A DNA stretch of 64,000 nucleotides from Bigelowiella natans CCMP2755 (taxonomy: Eukaryota > Protista > Cercozoa). The translations under genes and the position numbers were made by a program. Location: contig ADNK01000778.1 of NCBI GenBank assembly GCA_000320545.1, positions 62,001 to 126,000 on the forward strand, written 5' to 3'. The notes below the pieces were generated by a model. The model saw only the letters and a list, made by a program, of their open reading frames with translations, did not search any database and was not told where the DNA came from. Each line of letters opens with the position of its first letter. Position 1 is the stretch's first letter. Shown here piece by piece: positions 55,956 to 64,000 of this stretch.

Positions 55956-57096
55956 CTGAATGGGTGCTCCTTGACATCGGGAGCCTTCTCTATTTCGATG
56001 ATCTCGCATGGGTACCTTGGCCACAAAATTATTGTTCAGTCCGCTCATTCTCCTGCGCACAGCACAATACTCCCACCACCGCAACCACCACCTCACCCTC
56101 ACTGCGTGCGTGCATATGCAGAGCGAAATATTACCAAATCTTGTCAACTTGGAATTGCCCAAAGCAGATTGTTCCCAGCTCCAGCATCTCAGACAATGGC
56201 GGTTCTTTTCGTTTTTCCCCTTGATGGTAGGCGGTGGACACAACTTGGCCATCCTTCATAGTCACACGGTGATAATCACCACTTTGTTCGGTGGGAACGC
56301 CATCCTCCCACGCGCGCCGAGTGCTGGTAGTAAGGATCACAGTGCCGTCTCGCTTTGCCATGGCCTTTCTATATGCTACCATCTGAACATCAAAAGAAAG
56401 AGGAGAGGGGGTGGGTAGCGTGGAGTCTTAGACCGTTTGATATCTATACGTCATGCACAACAAAGCGACGACGCAATGTTGTCATTCAGGGCTTTAAAAA
56501 AACGTGAAGAGCCGCAAATGAATACCTCCAGCTTTGTCATGATTCCCATGCGAGTGTGCTCTTCTTCGTTTCCGTACTTCGGATAACGAACGAGGTAGCT
56601 GGTTATTTTGATCGGAGCACACCCAAGTTAATGACCAATTGATGCGAAAACATAAGTAATATATAATTGGGTTGGATCATATTTACAGCTACGGCCCATA
56701 ATTCTCGAAACATAGTTAAGTTTTGAACGAAATTACAGTTAGCACACGCCCCCAGTTTGTGTGATGCAAGCTGTGCGCAACGTAAAGCGAACATTATGGT
56801 ACCTAAAGCCGCCGTCTTTATTAGAGGCTGGTTCAGCATGAACGACCACAGCCTCATACCATTGCCCGTTTCCCGAATACTTAGCAAAGCATTGAGTTCC
56901 CGGACGAATGAAACTCTGCCGACATCAGATTACGATGAGCGTTATTACACATTATATGATTGGGAAGGACACGAGTATAAAATACCAAATTGCTCAACGA
57001 ATATAGCTCGCATACGCGCCTTCGTACCTTAGAGCGCTTAATTTTTGGTTCCTCGGGCTGAAGATTCCCCCCCAAGGGTCGCTTCGTGCTGGCCAT
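52364..57096 (-). CDS. PP2C/PPM protein phosphatase with N-terminal NLS, two SMN-type Tudor domains and two further Tudor-like barrels
   Basis: Phase-consistent exons: MASTKRPLGGNLQPEEPKIKRSK|SFIRPGTQCFAKYSGNGQWYEAVVV..GFS|YLVRYPKYGNEE..; ICFGQFQVDKIW|YPCEII..FR|YLVKYSGYGNEE. PP2C motifs NQDR, FGVLDGHG, ANVGDSRA, SRDHKP, GLAVTRTVGD, WASDGIWE, HDDITCVV. Confidence 0.9.
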
Positions 57097-57622
57097 CTCT
57101 CACGCACAGTTCTGCTCGCTGTCAAAGCTTAGGAATTCCGAATTTCAGATAAATTATTTTAGATATTATCACAATAAAAACATGGTTCTTCGACGAAGTA
57201 CGGCCCACACAAAATTCGCTTTCCGACCGAAGGAATCTTGAAGCCAAACGATGTAGATAAGCGAGAAACATCTATCGAAAGATTGTCTGACTAGGGTGTC
57301 CTACGACAACAAGTCGCGACAGGCAAATCTGGAATGTCGGAAGATAAAAATCACCAGAAGCCCGCATAATTTGTTGCAGATTGTTCCACGAGCTTTTTCC
57401 CCTTCGTCATCTTGCACTAGAGTACCTATTCTTACGATGTATTTGGCTGTTACATGTAGTTTCAGACTGCTTCTAAGGAAAGAGGCGATCATAAAATAGA
57501 ATCCGACTTACATGAAAACATTATTTTTGATACGTAAATATCGTAATATAAGTGTCTAATTTACAACATCTGCACTCTCTGTCATCAAAGAGAAGCAGCG
57601 CAAATAATACGCCCCCCTCTCC
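57097..57622. promoter_or_regulatory. Putative bidirectional promoter (Tudor-PP2C / ARL5)
   Basis: Divergent start codons 526 bp apart. Confidence 0.5.
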
Positions 57623-58132
57623 ATGGGGATCTTCTTCAGCACAGTGTGGAAGTCTATCTTCTCATCCTCCAAAAAGTAGTATTCTTTCTAGGGTAGGATA
57701 GATAAATAGGGGAGAGGTGCAACCTGAAACGAATCTAATGGCCTTCGCGACCGGCTACGTCGTTTGATCGAGATGATTAGACGTGAGCGCTCAGCCGAGC
57801 ACCATTGGATAATGATTTTTTGTTGGACTTATGTCGAAGGAAGGGGTGCTCTTCGAAACCATAACTCTTCTTGGGAGCTGCTAAAGACTCTCGATAATCA
57901 TCTTATCCCTGAATCTAAAAAAATGATTTAGTGCGGCGATTCGATGATGTTTTTGTTCTCTTTATCAGATACAAGATCTGCATGCTGGGGCTCGACAACG
58001 CTGGGAAAACTACGATCCTTTTCAAATTGTAATATTTACTGAATTGAAGATATACGATGCCTATGAAGTACACTACGTACAATTATGTGTCCTTGCTGTA
58101 AGGAAACATTCCATAAGAGCGTGAGTGTGTAT

Positions 58133-58171
<39 letters not shown>

Positions 58172-58435
58172 CTCAACGCATTGTTGCCATCTTCGTTTCC
58201 ATAAGGCATCTAGGAGATGTCGTAGAAACACAACCAACAATTGGCAGTAACGTAGAAGAGATAAAGGTACTTTACATTACTCGACTGATTGGACACAAAC
58301 GACCTACAACTGACTGGATGCGTACATGGGTGCATGCATGCATCATCACGTTACTATAGACAAGATTTATTCCTTGGGACAACGTTTTCTTTTTTGTAGC
58401 ATTAAGATGAAATTGTTCCTATTGTACGTGTAAAC

Positions 58436-58484
<49 letters not shown>

Positions 58485-59764
58485 GTGTGTGTGTGTGTGT
58501 AAAGGTGAAAAACTTGCGGTTCGTGTGCTGGGACCTAGGAGGGCAAACAGCCTTAAGGAAAAACTGGGGAGACTACTTTACAAACACATCGGTCAGTATT
58601 CGTTCCCCAGCAGTAGATCTGGAGGGTGGGGGACTTAATAAACCTTCCTGCAAAAATATCATTCGACGACTCTGGTGCTGTGGCGCATGATGCTGATATT
58701 GACTATCTATCTGCTCTCTCAGGCTGTATTGATGGTCATAGATAGCAGTGATCGGAAGCGAATAGATGAGGTGGGATCATGACGATAGCTTGGCGGCATC
58801 TGCCTCTGTTGTGTCTGCATCGCTCTCCCCTTTCACTTCCATCCTCCTCCTCCACAATACCTTACTGTCCCCCTTTCTTCTCCACCTCAGGTGAAGAAGG
58901 AGTTCTATAGAGTACTAGCCGATCCGGTAATGAGTAAGAGAGAATAGGAGCGAATGCATTACAAATGAAGTAGCATAGGGAGCAGAAGGCGGAGAAGAAA
59001 GAAGAATGTTAGTGATAAGATTAAACACTGGTTTGGTGTCCAAATTTTCTCCTCTGATTACATTGTTATGGATGCGTGTTTGGAGTTTCGTTCATGGTTT
59101 CCCTAAACTTGGGTGATTTAATCGCTGAATGACGGTACATATGTTGTTATATCTTCGTCCTCAGAACCTTAAGAACGCCTGCTTCCTCGTTCTGGCGAAC
59201 AAACAAGGTAATCATCCACCATAAGCCAATATTTTCTTTGTGATGAAATATTCAGTTTGCAATACTGTAAACGTGTGTGTGTGTGTGTGTGTGTTGTGAT
59301 GACGAAGAATTGCTGTTGTTTATCTTCTACAAGATTGTTCGAACAAGATGGAGGCCGCGGAGATAGCCCAGAAACTGAATTTAATGGCTTTAAAATCGCA
59401 CAGTTGGCACATACAGGTAGTTGGTAGTAAGGACTGTTACATTTTTGCCGAACATGCGAGCGACAATCTCTTAAATTTTGTGATCCTCGTCGAACATCTG
59501 CATATTTTCTATTCTAATTATCTTCAAGGCGACTTGCGCTCTCACTGGGAAAGGCTTGACGGAGGTGGTCAAACTAGAGAAAAATATGTCGATTTTTTGA
59601 CGCGACCGTCGTATTTTTGCCTTCAATTTTGATTGCAAGCCGAATTTGGCATTGGTGTTCGTTTATGTTTTTGGGCCATGTTTATCCTTAATAATCTCAT
59701 TCTCATCATCATTCACAAGGGAATGGATTGGGTCAGTCACCAGATAACAAAGAGCAAATCGTAG
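57623..59764 (+). CDS. ARL5: ARF-like GTPase, ARL5-like, 10 exons
   Basis: MGIFFSTVWKSIF (myristoylated amphipathic helix), [72 protein letters not shown]; stop TAG at 59762-59764. Confidence 0.92.
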
Positions 59765-60358
59765 CAGAATCAATCAGAGCGACACCGTCCAGAAATCTAG
59801 GTGCACCAACTTGCGTGTGAATCTCGATAGAAAACTACAGGAATAAGTACCGCTCTAAATTATTCGGTTGGCCTAGTATCGTAGCAGAACTCTAGAAATC
59901 TCCGCACTACACAATGCAGCGTGCAATGCATGTGACACGTACAATGTCGTACGTGTCATCATAAGATTCACAATTCTCTCAATAAGTTACCAATAATTTG
60001 TACTTGTGTAAAGTCCAAATTTTTTCTGTGCGTAGGAAGAATTGGCCAATGTTTATTAGCTTGTTCAAGAGTTTATGCTGCATAGTTTTGGTTTGTAATG
60101 TTGCAATGCGCTAAATTCATTCACTCGCCTCTACCTGGTATGCATGTGTTTCGCAGTTTATTGATCGCGTTCACTTTAACACTATAGCTAAAATGTGGCG
60201 CGACTCTTCCATCCGCTGGGGTGAGTTAGCGATCGAGGGGAGAAAATAGAGAGTCACAGCAAAACTTATGAGCTTCTCTAGTGCGTGTTCGTAGAAGTTG
60301 TTATATTGTGTCATTAGATGTTAGATGCAACTATTAGCAAACATAATCTTCTCACGTT

Positions 60359-60436
60359 TGCGCTGTAGTCGCTGTTCTGCATAGCTACATATTAATAGCG
60401 ACGATTGAAACTTCAATCATTAATTACATCCGTCTC
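60359..60436 (-). repeat. Inverted copy of the dispersed repeat at 31009-31206
   Basis: Reverse complement reads GAGACGGATGTAAT...TTCAATCGTC...TAATATGTAGCTATGCAGAACAGCGACTACAGCGCA, matching 31009-31095. Confidence 0.7.
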
Positions 60437-60775
60437 GTATGCAGCTACGTACTGGCTGACGTTGATAGCTTGCAAGTGAACCCATAAGTTTCTGACACAC
60501 TGACGACCGATACAGCCCATATGATCGCCATGCTGCATGCATCACACGTACGTACGCATAGCGAGATAGGTATTATGCGCGTCATCTTCTAAATCTTTGA
60601 CTGCCAACTCGTATATCGCGATCTATAATACGCATGCATACTGCAGCTGCTCGCTGACTTTGCGCTTGTTACGATGCTAGGACTGCGCTGCTGAGGGCTT
60701 GAAACATGTCCACCACCCGGTCGTGCTTGACTAAAATAATTCACCACAGTGCGGACGCACAGCTGGCTGTACTCT

Positions 60776-62631
60776 TCAGGACGATAACGTTCTACATCGG
60801 GAAGGTTCGACTTTCTTTACATCGGCACCGCCTCCTCCTGTACCAGAAGCGGCCTTGTTCGCTTTTCGGCGAAACTCCTTCCTTTTGACCCACATGCATA
60901 TCTCGCCACCCCGCGTCCACCCTCTCGCGAGTGGGTCTTGCCCAGGCGCAAACACCTGCTTGACCTTGAACTGGGTGCTAAAGACAAGTCCCGCCATGTG
61001 CATCAGCTGCTGGCGGTTGTCTTCCTTCGGAATAATGACGGGAACCTGGAGCTTTATCGCGTGATCAGTCGTTTCATAACTGGCGCACGAGATCATCCCA
61101 TGGCAGCGCGTGGCGTTCCCCCCCAGCACGTAGACAACCTCCGGAGGTCCATATATGTCGTGGAATTTTTCCGCCAGCTTGTTTATGGAGGACTGCAGGC
61201 GACGTGTCCAGACCCGCGTGGCATCCTTCATGTCCAGAGGGGGCTGAATCGACTTGTCTAAGTGCGGGTTCCTCCCCATGAATCGCAGCCACGTGTTGTT
61301 GTCAAGGGCGAATCTGATCCGCGCCTGGCGGTGAGGGATCTTGTGCGCGCTCGGGGGCTTGACCACGATGCGGCCGGTCTGTTTGTCGGTCTTGATGCCC
61401 CCACAATAACCGTACGGGTCGTCGAGCTGAATCTTTGAAAACCACACCCACGATTGCCAGATGCCAGTCTCGATGTACTTGTCCTTGCCACTGGGGTCTC
61501 GGAAAAACGTCGCTACCGCAGGAGCCGTGCCGAGGACGAGCACGAGGCCGCACTTTACCTTTGGGCTCATGCATGCGACTCCAAGGGCTGCGCCCATGTT
61601 GTCGGAGAGAGCACTGATTTTGGAGCCGGGGAACGTCGATTCAAACGTCTGAGAGAAGAAGAATAGCAGAGTTAGTTCAGAGAGCTGGGTTACAGCAGGA
61701 TCGGAGGAGGAGGAGGGGGTGGGTGGGGGGGGCGAGTTGGGGAAGTAGAGGAAAGGCATCTGCCTTACACAAGATAAAACATATGTATTATCCTCCTTTC
61801 TGCGATGATGGAATGCCGGTGTTTCTCCCACTTCCTCTGTTGTGGTCTATTTATTTCCTACCTACCTTCCTACATTGATCTACCTAGAAAGCTGTCATGC
61901 ATGCATACATGCGTCGATCCCCTCCCTCTCGCTCTCCCCCCTCATACCTTTTGAAAGTCTAGACCCCGGAACCTTCGGCTGAATGAGGGCATGTTCTTGA
62001 CAACCTACGTCCGGCAGCATGAGGTCAATAGAGGAGCAGAATTGCAACATTGTATCATATTAGAAAGGACGCCAGCGATAAGTGGATGTAATAATAGCCC
62101 GTTCTATTCTATTTTGCGTCTTTTTGCCAAGTAATCCTCCGAATTCGTGAAAACGTCTAAGACGAGGAACAGATGATATCTGTTCCGCGGCGACCACTAG
62201 ATGTGTTGCATGACGAATCCGCCAGTACTCGGGTATCATTGAAAACTTCGTATATATCTTCGATCATTGTTCTATCGCACTCAATTCATTATTTCTGATC
62301 AAGAATTCTTCTTCCTCTTCACAAAAAAATAACCCCCATGATCATCATCATATCTCTTTCTTTTTCTTCATACCGTTAGTCTATCACGGGAGACTCCAGC
62401 AAGTTCCACCGTCCCAGGAACCGAGAAAACCACGCGATGAACCTAAAAATGATCATAAGAGCATCAGTTGGCATTGCGTTATAATATCACCCTTAGCAAA
62501 TCAGAAAGTCGTAGCGTAGTAGGTAGCACTGCAGAGTACTCGATTCCGCTACTGAAACACCAATGATCCTATTCTGTGATGTGGCGTCGTGAAGTATGAT
62601 GCATTGTCATTCTATGTTTGAAAAATATGAT

Positions 62632-62664
<33 letters not shown>

Positions 62665-63992
62665 ATATTAATTAATACCGGGTTATTATTATTATTTATA
62701 TTATTACCTTGGTACAATCAATCTGATGTCTCTCGAGGTGGGATCGAATACGCTCCGCCACAACCACTGTGTCAAATGCCGTGGAAGGGGATATTGACCC
62801 ACCATTCGCATCCCCACTCTTTTTGTCCTCCCTTAAACACCAGAAGAAACAAATAGCGATAAAGGGCAGAGAGTGAAAATCAGTACAAGCACAACGTTTA
62901 TGAACTATGTGAAAGAGAACATTTATGAACTATATGAAAGAGAACATTTATGAACTATATGAAAGAGAATTGGAAGACGGAGGAGGGGTTAGGCTGCTAC
63001 CATAAATCCGAAGAGTTTAGTGCAGGCATCAGCTTCATACTCCCGTCCACTTTTATCTTATCGATGCTGGTGAAGATATCAGACCACTGCCGAGCGACTA
63101 GAAACTTCGTTCGAGTTCCTTTAACATCAGCACCACCATTGCAATCAGGCGCATCAGAGAAGAGGAAGAGAAAGAGGAGAAGTACGTTCAAAGAGGAAAG
63201 CAGAGCTATTACCTCCGATGTCGATGGCGACAATATTCTGGGGACTATTCGGGTGTCGCTCCACTACATTAACCTGTAGTAGGCATTATTCTCACGATTC
63301 ATTGCAACCACTTTTCTCTGCATCAACATGATTTGAAGTGTTTCTTCCGTGCCGACGACTGTAAACAGATCTAGCCGCCCACAATTTACCTGAGCTGGGA
63401 TGTCAGCCTCTGCTGCTATTTCAGTCGCGAAGGAGAGGAGATCCGCGAGCCTGTGCTTGGAGAACTCGTCAAGCTGCAGGAAAACATATTTTTCATCGTA
63501 ATTTTCCCGATCTTTGGAACCGCAGGTCATATGGAATAATTGATGGGAGGTGTGGAGGGGAGGGGGGGACGTTACCTGTGATAGTTCCTCAGAGGAGAGG
63601 TATGATAGGGCACCTTGGATTTTGGATCCCACCAAGTAGCGAGTCAGCCAGAGCCGCGACACCGACTTCAATTCCATCTGAAGAGTATGTGATGATATTG
63701 TTACAAGTAAGAAAGAAGAAAACTTATAGCCAGGGTGAGCAGAAGCTCTCCACATCACACACAACATAAGATCGCACACCGAACACCCAAGAGTCTTTTG
63801 TCTCCGTTTTTGCGAAAGAAGAAAATTGTTTAATCTGACCGGAACATCAGCTCCGAGTCTCACAGCCCCGAGAGCTAGTACGACCCCCATCACAGCCGCA
63901 ACAACGACACATAAGAGCAATCCAGGGAATTTCAGAGCAAGGCCTGAAATAGCTACTCCGGCGAAAAATGAGACGATAGGCGTCATCCTCAT
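60776..63992 (-). CDS. ROK/ASKHA-fold sugar-kinase-like protein with N-terminal transmembrane segments, multi-exon
   Basis: IVAIDIG|GTRTKF (phosphate-1 motif), VVFSVPGTV, LSDNMGAALGV, LVLVLGTAPAV, VVYVLGGN. Hydrophobic N-terminus FFAGVAISGLAL..LLLCVVVAAVMGVVLALGAV. The start is at the window edge and the gene may extend beyond it. Confidence 0.75.
62893..62967 (+). repeat. 25-bp minisatellite x3, intronic
   Basis: AAC(G/A)TTTATGAACTAT(G/A)TGAAAGAG three times head to tail. Confidence 0.95.
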
Positions 63993-64000
63993 CTCTATTT

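Noticed and set aside
56881-57096. Apparent separate small gene MASTKRP...
   Set aside because: It is exon 1 of the Tudor-PP2C gene; the splice phases link it downstream.
62893-62967. 25-bp repeats (and the 53-bp-period repeats at 6660-6753) as a CRISPR array
   Set aside because: No unique spacers, only 2-3 units, eukaryotic context and no cas genes.
63264-63992. 242-aa ORF as a stand-alone membrane protein
   Set aside because: Contains GT-AG introns and splices on to the IDIGGT exon of the ROK-like gene.

Overview
Eukaryotic nuclear DNA with many spliceosomal introns, and most introns are packed with microsatellites. No rRNA, tRNA, CRISPR array or intact transposon was seen. Manual splicing gives 13 protein-coding genes, mostly in head-to-head or tail-to-tail pairs: arginyl-tRNA synthetase (5' truncated); an intronless atypical Rho/Rac GTPase; a TPS/TPP fusion with a degenerate TPS domain; an intronless plastid-type CNNM/CorC Mg transporter; a histidine acid phosphatase; an unknown signal-bearing protein; an N-acylated EF-hand protein; an LRRC43-like protein; a TBC-UBA-3xPDZ-2xUBA protein; a secreted glycosyltransferase-like protein with an apparent frameshift; a multi-Tudor PP2C phosphatase; ARL5; and a membrane-anchored ROK-like kinase. 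Signal-plus-transit-like leaders suggest an alga with a secondary plastid, such as a chlorarachniophyte (inference). The most striking observations are the NLS-Tudor-Tudor-PP2C fusion, the TBC/PDZ/UBA architecture, the G12D/Q61H-type Rho, and TGCA/CATG-rich zones downstream of 3' ends that carry a small dispersed repeat. Exon boundaries were called by eye, and many ORF-track entries are microsatellite artefacts.
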